Below are positions 50,133 to 61,800 of a DNA stretch of 64,000 bases, one piece after another (position 1 is the stretch's first letter; every line of letters starts with the position of its first letter). The stretch lies in the NCBI GenBank assembly GCA_030390025.1, contig CM059438.1, positions 54,004,001 to 54,068,000 of the forward strand, in the 5' to 3' direction. Below the pieces are notes generated by a model. That model ran no database searches and had not been told where the DNA came from. It worked only from the letters and a program-made list of their open reading frames with translations. The position numbers were made by a program, and so were the translations under genes. This DNA comes from Squalus acanthias (lineage: Eukaryota).

Positions 50133-51170
50133 TCCGGTAACCTCTTGCAGATCTCATTATGATTCATGGGCCACTGGCACCAGTACTGGGGAAAGAGGGA
50201 GCTGTTCCGTTGAGATGGTCTCCACTTAAACCGGGCTGGGACCAGTGTCCTGGTGAATTGAATAACTAGGGCTGTAGATAGGGCTTTAAACTAAAAAGTG
50301 GGGTGGTGGGGAGGGGGTCAGATGAGGTGAAATTTAGAAATCTAAAGAGAAAAGTCAAGGCAATGGAGCAGTGTAGTGATTTGGGTAAAGATAAGCAGAG
50401 TGTGACTGGACGGGACAGAGAGTTTAAAGGTAATCGTGCGTCAGTGAATAAGATGAAAGCAGGTACTAACGGTAAAGGGTTAAACCTAAAGGCTCTTTAC
50501 CTGAATGCACGAAGCATTCGTAACAAGATAGACGAATTAATGGCACAAATAGAGATAAATGGGTTTGATCTAATAGCCATTACAGAGATATGGTTGCAAG
50601 GTGACCAGGGTTGAGAACTAAATATTCCAGGGTACTTGACATATCGAAAAGACAGGCAGAATGGAAAAGGAGGGGGTAGCCTTGATAATTAAGGATGATG
50701 TAAGAACAGTAGTGAGAAAGGATCTTGGCTCAGAAGATCAGGAAGTAGAATCAGTATGGGTGGAGATAAGAAATAACACAGGGCAGAAAACACTGGTGGG
50801 AGTAGTTCATAGGCCTCCTAACAGTAGCTATACCGTTGGACAGCGTATTAATCAAGAAATAATAGGAGCTTGTAACAAAGGTAATACAATAATCGTGGGG
50901 GACTTTAATCTGCATATAGATTGGGCAAATCAAATTAGCATGGGTAGTCTGGAGGACGAGCTCATGGAATGTATTCGAGACAGTTTCCTAGAACAATACG
51001 TAATGGAACCATCCAGGAAACAGGCTATTTTAGATGTTGTTTTGTGTAATGAGACAGGGTTAATTAGCAATCTTATAGTAAAGGACCCTCTCGGGAAGTG
51101 TGATCATAATATGATGGAATTTCACATTGAGTTTGAAAGTGACATTCATAAATCCGACACTAGAGTCTTA

Positions 51171-52063
51171 GGGGTAAAAATTCAGTTGGTTGCGCCTCCC
51201 GTTAGCGCCTTAAGAGGGCGCTAATGGGGTGCAAAGCCGCTAACGCCCGGGCGCAGCGATGTTTGCGCCGCTCGAGAACTTAACTTGAGATTGTGCGGCG
51301 GCGCTAAAACTTACCGCTGCGACCACCTGCGCGCGCAGATTGTGACGTCATTCCATGGTGCAACGCCCTTGTGGCGCCCCGGAGCGGAAATTGAGTGGCG
51401 CCCCCTGCCTTACCGCCTGGCGCATCCAACGACCAGAAGACTGGAACGCTATCAATCGCTGTGAGGCTGGGGGTGGCGCTATTTAAAGGGGGCCTCTTCC
51501 TGTCTTTTATTGTTGGTGGCATTTTTGAACTATGCATTCTGAGAGAGAGAGGGAGAGACTTCTGGAGAGATTCAACATTGTGTGAAGGAGTTTTGGGTAC
51601 TGAGCAGCACTTTGCAGGTTCATTTTGATTTGCCATTCCTTGTATCGATTTAGCAGAGACTGTGGGAGCTGCACTCTGAGCTCTTTGCCTGGTACTCTCC
51701 ATTGTTCTTTCCAGCACATTTGATGTGCAAGTCTCTCCAGGCCGAGATTCAAGGCTGCAATGAACAGGATGTGGATGGAAAGCAAGATTAACCATCCCCT
51801 TTAAGAACTGGCCCGTGCCATTGTGTGTGTGTTCCATTGCTGACTGACATTACATGAGCTTCGCCAGCGCTCTGAGTTAGCGCCTCACTCCTTGGCCTTT
51901 GCGCCTTAAGACAGGTGTGCAGTGCCTGCTTTAGCGCTCCACTCACCTCCCGGGGCGGTAAAAGTGAAGTTTCCAGTCAGTGCCGATAATTAGCGCCAGG
52001 CGCTAATATTTGCGTCCAGACGATATTTGCGCCCCAAATGGGGCGCGACCTAATTTCTACCCC
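51171..52063. mobile_element. PIF/Harbinger-type MITE, 893 bp
   Basis: TIRs ggggtaaaaatt / aatttctacccc; TSD tta; shares subterminal sequence with 46530-47303. Confidence 0.9.
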
Positions 52064-52916
52064 TTAAACTTAAACAAAGCCAATTATGTGGTATGAGGGG
52101 CGAGTTTATTTTTTAAATTCATTTTTATGGGATGTGGGCGTTGCTGGCAAGGCCAGCATTTATTGCCCATCCCTAATTGCCCTCGAGAAGGTGGTGATGA
52201 GCCATCTTCTTCAACCGCTGCAGTCCGTGTGGTGAAGGTACTCCCACAGTGCTGCTAGGTAGGGAGTTCCAGGATTTTGACCCAACAACAATGAAGGATT
52301 GGCTAAGGTAGATTGGGAAATTAGATTAAAAGGTATGACAGTAGATAAGCAGTGACAATCATTTAAAGAAATATTCCAAAATTCACAACCAATATACATT
52401 CCATTGAGAAATAAAAACGCCACAGGAAAAGTGATGGCTAACTTAATTGGCTAAGTGACAGGAAACAGAGAGTAGTGGTGAACGGTTGTTTTTCGGACTG
52501 GAGGAAGGTATACAGTGGTGTTCCCCAGGGGTCGGTTCGAGGACCACTGCTTTTCTTGATGTATATTAATGACTTGGACTTGGGTGTACAGGGCACAATT
52601 TCAAAATTTGCAGGTGACACAAAACTTGGAAGTATAGTGAACAGTGAGGAGGAAGAGAGTGATAGACTTCAAGAGGACATAGACAGGCTGGTGTAATGGG
52701 CGGACACGTGGCAGATGAAATTTAATGCAGAAAAGTGCAAAGTGATACATTTTGGTAGGAAGAACGAGGAGAGGCAATATAAACTAAAGTACAATTCTAA
52801 AGGGGGTGCATCAACAGAGAGACCTGGGGGTATATGTGCACAAATCGTTGAAGGTGGCAGGGCAGGTTGAGAAACTGGTTAAAAAAGCATACGGGATCCT
52901 GGGCTTCATAAATAGA

Positions 52917-53399
52917 CGGCTTCATAAACGGTCTCAATCGGGATCTTGGGTTTATGTCACGATACATGACGTGATCCGGACTCGAGTCGTCGTTAGCTTG
53001 TTCACAGATGTGATTCCCAGTAAAAAAGTAAAAATTTTCCCAGTAAAAAAGTAAAAAAATGTTAAAGCTTTTCGTTTTACATACAGACGGCAGCTTTTGA
53101 CACGTTAGAACCCCTGCGACTACACCTCATTGTCTCAGTTGTATCTTGCTATGTCTTTGATGTGGTACCTTCCTGGCTGACTTAATTAACTTTATCACAC
53201 CTCGGCAGATAGTCAGGATGATTTAATTTATTGGTCTGCAATTGTAAAGTACACATGCTCTGTTTTCCATCTATATATGCTTTGGAGATTCTGTATCTAA
53301 TTTACTTCACCTGAGGAAGGAGCAAATCGATAGCTCCGAAAGCTTGTGATTTCAAATAAAACTGTTGGACTATAACCTGGTGTTGTGCGACCTCTCAAT
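52917..53399 (+). mobile_element. Penelope-like 3' fragment with a 12-bp TSD
   Basis: TSD ttcataaataga (52905-52916 and 53400-53411); begins with the ORF end NGLNRDLGFMSRYMT*; hammerhead motif and AATAAA near the 3' end. Confidence 0.8.
53306..53350 (+). ncRNA. Minimal type I hammerhead ribozyme motif
   Basis: TCAC-CTGAGGA-A-GGAGC(aaatcgata)GCTCC-GAAA-GC-TT-GTGA: catalytic core, stem II, stem I TCAC/GTGA and a palindromic AGCT in place of stem III. Confidence 0.7.
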
Positions 53400-56300
53400 T
53401 TCATAAATAGAGGCATAGATTACAAAAGCAAGGAAGTTATGATGAACCTTTATAAAACACTGGTTCGGCCTCAACTGGAGTATTGTGTCCAATTCTGGGC
53501 ACCGCACTTTAGGAAGGATGTGAAGGCCTTAGAGAGGGTGTAGAAAAGATTTACAAGAATGGTTCCAGGGATGAGGGACTTCAGTTACGTGGATAAACTG
53601 GAGAAACTGGGGTTGTTATCCTTAGAGCAGAGAAGATTGAGAGGAGATTTAATAGAGGTGTTGAAAATCATGAGGGGTCTAAACAGAGTAGATGGAGAGA
53701 AACTGTTCCCATTGGCGGAAGGGTCAAGAACCAGAGGACACAGATTTAAGGTGATTGGCAAAAGAACCAAAGGCAACATGAGGAAAAACTTTTTTACGCA
53801 GTGAGTGGTTATGATCTGGAATGCACTGCCTGAAAGGGTGGTGGAGGCAGATTCAATTGTGGCTTTCAAAAGGGAGTTGGATAAGTACCTGAAGGAAAAA
53901 CATTTGCAGGGCTATGGGGAAAGGGCGGGGGTGTGGGACTAGCTGAAGTGCTCTCAGCCGGCACGGGCTCAATGAGCCGAATGGCCTCCTTCTGTGCTGT
54001 AACCATTCTATGATTCTAAAGAAGTTAAGGATAGTATTAGATTAAAAGAAGAGGCATATAATGTTGCAAAGAATAGTAGTAAGCCTGAGGATTGGGAGAG
54101 CTTTAGAAACCAGCATAGGATGACCAAAAAATGATAAGAAGGGAGAAAATAGAATATGAGAGTAAATTCGCAAGAAATATAAAAACAGATTGCAAGAGCG
54201 TCTACAAGTATGTAAAAAGGAAGAGAGTAGCAAAAGTAAGCGTTGGTCCCTTAGAGGCTGCGACAGGAGAAATTATATTGGGGAACAAGGAAATGGCAGA
54301 GACTTTAAATAAATATTTTGTATCTGTTTTCACAGTAGAAGACTCAAAAAGTATACCAAAAATAGCGGGGAACCAAGGCACTAATGAGAGTGAGGAACTT
54401 AAAGTAATTAATATCAGTAGAGAAAAAGTACTTTAGAAACTAATGGGACTAAAAGCCGACAAATCCCCTGGACCTGATGGCCTACATCCTAGGGTTCTAA
54501 AAGAGGTGTCTGCAGAGATCGTGGATGCATTGGTTGTGATCTTCCAAAATTCCCTAGATTCTAGAACAGTCCCAGCGGATTGGAAGGTAGCAAATGTAAC
54601 CCTGCTATTCAAGAAAGGAGAGGGAGAGAAAACAGGGAACTGCAGGCCAGTTAGCCTGACATCAGTCGCTGGGAAAATGCTGGAATCCATTGTTAAGGAA
54701 GTGGTAACAGGGTACTGAGAAAATCATAATATGATTAGGCAGAGTCAACATGGTTTTAGGAAAGGGAAATCGTGTTTGACAAATTTATTAGAGTTTTTTG
54801 AGGATGTAACTAGCAGGATAGATAAAGGGGATGTAGTATATTTGGATTTCCAAAATGCATTCGATAAGGTGCCACATAAAAGGTTGTTAACAACAACAAG
54901 TTGTATTTTTATATCGCCTTTAATGTAGTAAAACATCCCAAGGTGCTTCACAGGTGTGTTATAAGACAAATAATTTGACACCGAGCCACATAAGGAGAAA
55001 TTAGGGCAAATGACCAAAAGCTTGGTCAAAGATGTAGGTTTGAAGGAGCGACTTAAAGGAGGAAAGTGAGGCGGAGAGGTTTAAGCAGGGAATTCCAGAG
55101 CTTCGGGCCTAGGCAACAGAAGGCACGGCCACCAATGGTTGAGCGATTATAATCAGGAATGCTCAAGAGGGCAGAATTAGAGGAACACAGATATCTCGGG
55201 GGGTGGGGTTGTGGGGGGATAAAAGAGATAGGGAGGGATTTGAAAACAAGGATGAAAATTTGAAAATCGAGGCATTGCTTAACCGGGAGCCAATGTAGGT
55301 CAGCGAGCACAGGGGTGATGGGTGAACGGGACTTGGTGCGAGTTAGGACACGGGCAGCGAGTTTTGGATGACCTCAAGTTTACGTAGGGTAGAATGTGGG
55401 AGGCCAGCCAGGAGTGCGTTGGAATAGTTAAGCAAGATAAGGGCACATGGGGTTGGGGGTAATGTATTAGCATGGATAAAGGATTGGTTAACAGACAGAA
55501 AACAGAGAGTAGGGATAAACGGGTCATTTTCAGATTAGCAGGCTGTAACTAGTGGGGTTCCGCAAGGATCAGTGCTGGGGCCTCAGCTATTTACAATCTA
55601 TATTAATGACTTAGATGAAGGGACTGAGTGCAATGTATCCAAGTTTGTTGACGATACAAAGCTAGGTGGAAAAGAGCCTGCAAAGGGATATAGACAGGTT
55701 AAGTGAGTGGGCAATAAGGTGGCAGATGGAGTATAATGTAGGGAAATGTGAGGTTATTCACTTTGGTAGGAAGAATAGAAAAACACTATTTTTAAATGGT
55801 GAGAAACTTTTAAATGTTGGTGTTCAGAGAGATTTGGGTGTTCTTGTGCAAGAAACACAGAAAGCTAGCATGTAGGGAAAACAAGCAATAAGGAAGGCAA
55901 ATGGCATGTTGGCCTTTATTGCAAGGGGGTTGAAGTATAAGAGTAAGGAGGTCTTGCTACAATTGTACGGGGCTTTGGTGAGACCACACCTGGAGTACTG
56001 TGCACAGTTTTGGTCTCCTTATCTAAGGAAGGATATACTTGCCTTGGAGGAGGTGCAACAAAGGTTCACTAGATTGATTCCTGGGATGAGAGGGCTGTCC
56101 TATGATGAGAGATTTTGTAGAATGGGCCTATACTTGCTGGAGTTTAGAAGAATGAGAGATGATCTCATTGAAACATACAAGATTCTGAAGGAGATTGACA
56201 GGGTAGATGCTGAGAGGTTGTTTCTCCTGGCTGGAGTGTCTAGAACTAGGGGGCATAGTCTCGGGATAAGGGGTAGGCCATTTAAGACTGAGATGAGGAG

Positions 56301-56924
56301 GAGTTTCTTCACTCAGAGGGTTGTGAACCTTTGGAATTCTCTACCCCAGAGGGCTGTGAATGCTGAGTCTTTGAGTATATTCAAGGCTGAGATAGATAGA
56401 TTTTTGGACTCTAGGAGAATCAAGGGATATGGAGATTGAACGGGAAAGTGGAGTTGAGGTCGATGATCAGCCATGATCTTATTGAATGGCGGAGCAAGCT
56501 CGAGGGGCCGTATGGCCTACTCCTGCTCCTAATTCTTTTGTGGTGCACACCAGTTCTCTAAATATTTCCTCCATTGAGGTTGGTCTATTAGAAACGCGGG
56601 TCCCACTTCTGACACCACGTGTTACACGGTGCTACTGTCTTGGAGCCTCCTTTCTCATGCAAACAAAGTCCTTGAACAATCTAAGTTCCAAATACATTTT
56701 AATGCACAGAACACAATGCAAGATCACACAAAATGTCTTTCAGCTCTTCAACTCCCAGCATCTTTCAGGGCCTACATCTCTTGAACTTTTATGCTAAGCT
56801 GGCTGGAGAAAGTCTGCTCCCACTCCAGGTGCAATTATCTTCAAAGGGGAGGTCCTTAAAGGGGCCATCCCTTTCCTCTGGGATCAGGGCACTCATCAGC
56901 CTGCGGCTGACATACCTGCTACCA

Positions 56925-57150
56925 TATATATGGGATAGTTTATATATAACCTATGGAGCATATATGAGGGGCTGTATATACAATATATACAGAATGGAGT
57001 AGAATTTATATAAATATATACAGGGGAGTTCATATATAATGTATACATAATTTCATATATATGATATATACAGGGGAGTTTAGATATACTTTATACATAA
57101 AGGAGTATATCTGATATGTACAGGGGAGTTTATATAGAAGTTATACATAA
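56925..57150. repeat. Degenerate AT-rich tandem repeat (tatatacaggggagtttatatataa-like)
   Basis: Recurrent caggggagtt units among (TA)n runs. Confidence 0.7.
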
Positions 57151-57159
57151 AGGGTTTTT

Positions 57160-58846
57160 ACTAAAGATCTCCAAATAGTGAGCAGGAGCTAGAGGAGCAA
57201 ATCTGAGGCAAATTTGAGACACATGTAACAATAATAGAGCAGTAATAGTCGGGGATTTCAAATACCCGAATATAGACCGGGGAGAAAACAGAGTAAAGGG
57301 CAAGGAGGGGGAAGAATTCCTAAAACATGTACAGGAGAACTTCCTTAATCAGTGTGTTTCTAGCCCAACGAGAGAGGAAGCAGTGCTGGATCTAGTTCCA
57401 GGGAAGGAAGTAGGGCAAATGGAGCATGTTTCAGTGGGAGAACATCTGGGTAATAGTGATCATAATATAATTAGGTTTAAAACAGTTATGGAAAGGGACA
57501 AAGAAAAATCAACAGTGAAAATACCCAACAGGAAGAGAGCCAATTTCAGTGATTTGAGAAGGGTTCCAGCACAGGTGGACTGGAAACAGAGACTGGCCAG
57601 GGAAACAGTAAATGAGCAATGGCAGGCCTTCAAGGCGGAGATAGTTCGGGTACAAACCAAGCAAATTCCCATAAGGAGCAAAGATGGGGCATCCAAAGCT
57701 AGAGCTCCCTGGATGACAAAGGAAACCGAGGTTAAAATAAAACAGAAAATGAAGATTTATAACAAATGTCAGGTACAGAATACAGTAGAAAACCAGGCAG
57801 AATACGGAACATGCAGGGGGGAATTTGAAAAAAAGGGTACAAGAAGGACAAATAGAGTGTATGAGAAAAGATTAGTGGGTAACATAAAAGGGAACCCAAA
57901 AATCTTTAATAAACATATAAAAAGTAAAAGATTAGTTAATGGAATGGTGCAGCTGATTAGGGACAAAAAAGGAAATCTTGTGGAGGCAGCAGGCACAACT
58001 GAGGTACTGAATGAATACTTTGCATTTGTCTTCACAAAAGAGGATGAAATTAATGTTGCAGAAGAGGTGTGGGGCGTAGAGATATTGGATAGGATAAAAT
58101 AGATAGAAAGGAGGGGCTAAATAGGTTGGCATCACTCAAAGTTAACAAGTCACCCGGTCCAGATGGGATGCATTCTAGGTTGCTGAGGGAAGCTAGGGTG
58201 GAGATAGCAGAAGCTCTGACCACAATCTTTCAATCCTCCTTGGGTATGGGAATAGTACCAGAGGACTGGAGGATTGCAAATGTTACACCCCTGTTCAAAA
58301 AAGGGGAGAAGGATAAACTTGGTAACTACAGGCCAATCAGTCTAACGTCAGTGGTGGGAAACTACCAGAGACCATTGTCAAGGATGAAATTAATTTTCAC
58401 TTGGAGAAGTATGGGGTAGTTAGCATGGATTTGTTAAAGGCAAATTGTGTCTGGCTAACCTGATTGACTGACTTCTTTGATGAAGTAACAGAGAGGGCTG
58501 ATGAAGGTAGTGCAATAGTGTTGTATAGATAGACTTTCAAAAGGCATTTGATAAAGTACCACATAATAGACATATTCGGAAAATAGAAGCACATGGTATT
58601 AAAGAAATGGAGTAACTTGGGTATGTAATTGGCTAAGGGATAGGAGACAGAAAGTAGCAGTGAACAGATCTTTTTCTGACTGAAGAGAAGTATGCAGTGG
58701 GGTCCCCCAGGGGTCAGTATTAATACCATTGCTTTTCTTGTTATATATAAATAACTTGGGTATAGGGAGTAAAATTTCAAAGTTTGTGGATGAAACAAAA
58801 CTTGCCGACATAGTAAATAGTGAGCAGGATAGCAGCAGACTTCAGG
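57160..58846 (+). mobile_element. Decayed CR1 ORF2 fragment
   Basis: GNSDHNII, KSPGPDG, NYRPISLTS, FVDETK. Confidence 0.88.
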
Positions 58847-58869
58847 ACTCCCTCCGCGACACCCTGGTC

Positions 58870-61800
58870 GGCGTGCAGATCGGAACAGTGTGTTAAACTA
58901 CGAGTTTGGTGAGTGAGGGAGTAAATCTTAAAGGTTAATCTCTTATTTTTATAAATTCTAGACTTGTGTGCTTGCAATTAGCATTTAAATTTACTGTTTC
59001 AAGTTTTAAGTTTCTTTCAGGCTTGGGCAGGGCTAATCAAGCTTTGTGCTGGAGAGCAGGTGAGAGTAATTAATTAATTAAGTCGTCTAATCTGGTTCTG
59101 TAACTGCCAGAGAGCTCACTTATTTAAATCTCAGCAATATAAATAAGGGAGGCTAGAGTGTAGTTTGTCACAGAGTGCAGATTGGAACAGAGTGTTAAGC
59201 TGCGAGTTTGGTGAGTGAGGTGTTCCTTTCTTTTTCCATCTTTGTCAGCTTCCAGGCGAGCAGGAGCTAAAAAGCTGCACAAGACGGGACAGAGAACCAG
59301 CGGTGAGTATTTCTACATTCCAGTCATTAAAGTAAAAGTAAGGTCTCTAGTTTAGATTAAGTAGTGTTTCAAGGGAAGTAAGGTCCCTAGTGTATTTAAT
59401 ATTCTTTAATTTAAAGGGAGTAAATTAAGGGTAGGACATGGCAGGGCAGCTCGGCAGTGTGGAGTGCTCCTCCTGTGCTATGTTGGAAGTCAGGGACACT
59501 TTAGGTGTCCAGGGCGAACACATGTGCAGGAAGTGTCTCCAGCTGCAGCTACTTGAAATCCACTTTTCGGAGCTGGAGCTGCGGCTGGAGTCACTGTGGA
59601 GCATCCGCGAAGCTGAGATCTTCGTGGATAGCACGTTTAACAAGGTGGTCACACCGCAGGTAAGGAGTGCACAGGCAGACAGGGAATGGGTGACTGCCAG
59701 ACAGAGTAAAAGAACTAGGAAGGTAGTGCAGAAGTCCCCTGGGTCCATCTCCCTCTCCGACAGATTTTCCGTTTTGGATACTGATGGGGGAGATGGTTTC
59801 TCAGGGGAATGCAGCAAGAGCCAAGTCCGTGGCACTACGAGTGGCTCAGCTGCACAGGAGGGGAGGAAAAAGAGTGGAAGAGCAATAGTGATAGGTGATT
59901 CTATCGTAAGGGGAACAGATAGACGTTTCTGTGGCCGCAGACGTGACTCCAGGATGGTATGTTGCCTCCCTGGTGCCAGGGTCAAGGATGTCACTGAACA
60001 GCTGCAGGGCATTCTGAAGGGGGAGGGCGAACAGTCAGAGGTCGTGGTTCACATTGGTACCGATGACATGGGTAGAAAGAGGGATGAGGTCCTGCAACAA
60101 GAATTTAGGGAGCTAGGTAGCAGATTAAAAAGCAGGACCTCAAAGGTTGTAATCTCTGGATTACTCCCAGTGCCACGTGCTAGTGAGTATAGGAATAGGA
60201 GGATAGAGCAGATGAATGCGTGGCTAAAGAGTTGGTGCAGGAGGGAGGGCTTTAATTTCCTGGATCACTGGGTCTGCTTCTGGGGACGGTGGGACCTGTA
60301 CAAGTTGGATGGGTTGCACCTGAACCGGAACGGGACCAACATCCTTGCGGGGAGATTTGCTAGTACTGTTGGGGGGGGGTTTAAACTAACTTGGCAGGGG
60401 GATGGGATATGGAGTGGAGCTATAGTAGGGGGTGATGCACAGCCAACTATAGAGGAAAAAACAAGTCAGCCTGAAAGGCAGAGCAAATATGTAATGGCAC
60501 AAGGGAGTATGGCAAGGCTGGATGGCATTTATTTTAATTCAAGGAGTCTTGCGAGTAAGGTAGATGAATTGAAGGTGTTGATGAACACATGGGAGTATGA
60601 TATTGTTGCTATCACAGAGACATGGTTGAGTGAGGGGCAGGACTGGCAGCTCAATATTCCGGGGTATAGAATCTTCAGGCGAGACAGAGGTGGGTGTAAA
60701 AGAGGAGGGGGTGTCACAATATTAATCAAGGAGTCAATTACTGCTGTAAGGAGGGATGATATCTTAGCAGGTTCTTCTAATGAGGCCATATGGGTAGAAC
60801 TTAAAAACAAAAAGGGGGCAAGCACTTTGCTGGGAGTGTACTATAGGCCCCCAAACAGTCGGGGAGATAGAGGAACAGATATGTAGGCAAATCTCAGAGA
60901 AGTGTAGAAATAATAGGGTAATAATAGTAGGGGATTTCAACTTCCCCAATATTAACTGGGATAGTCAGAGTGTGAAAGGCTTAGAGGGTGCGGAATTCTT
61001 AAAGTGCATCCAGGAGAGCTTTTTGAGCCAGCATGTAGAAAGTCCTACAAGAGAGGGGGCGGTACTGGACCTAATTCTAGGGAATGTAGCCGGGCAAGTG
61101 GTAGAAGTGTTAGTAGGAGAGCATTTTGGTGACAGTGACCATAATTCACTGAGATTTAAGGTAGTCATGGAAAAGGACAAAGATGGACCAGAAATAAAGG
61201 TTCTAAATTGGGGGAAGGCCGATTTTAATATGATCAGGCAGGATCTGGCCAAAGTGGACTGGGATCAGCTACTTGTAGGAAAATCCACATCAGAGCAGTG
61301 GGAGTCTTTCAGAAAGGAAATAGAGAGCGTACAACGGCAACATGTTCCCGTAAAGGTCAAGGGTGGGACCAACAAGCCCAGGGAACCCTGGATGTCAAGA
61401 GATATACGAGAATGGAGTAGGAAAAAAAGGGAGGCTTTTGGCAGATACAAAGGACTAAAAACAATGGAAGCCCGAGAGGAGTATAGAAAGTGCAGGGGGG
61501 TACTTAAAAAAAGAAATTAGGAGAGCAAAGAGGGGGCATGAAATAACACTGGCGGGCAAAATAAAGGAAAATCCCAAGGTGTTTTATAAGTATATTAAGG
61601 GCAAGAGGATAACCAGGGAAAGAGTAGGGCCCATTAGGGACCAAAGTGGCAATCTGTGTGTAGAGCCAGAAGATGTAGGTGGGGTTTTAAATGAATATTT
61701 TGCATCTGTGTTCACTATGGAGAAGGACGATGTAGGCATAGAAATCAGACAGGGGGATTGTGATATACTTGAACAAATTAGTATTGAGAGGGAGGAGGTT

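Larger units (their letters stand above)
50180..56535 (+). mobile_element. CR1 copy E (ORF1 end to 3' UTR), decayed, with several nested inserts
   Basis: DGLHLN..RAVDRALN* at 50285-50294, then EN and RT pieces. Inserts: Harbinger MITE, RTE-type tail (about 52105-52295), CR1 3' piece (about 52444-54017), L2 (about 54888-55430). Confidence 0.9.
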
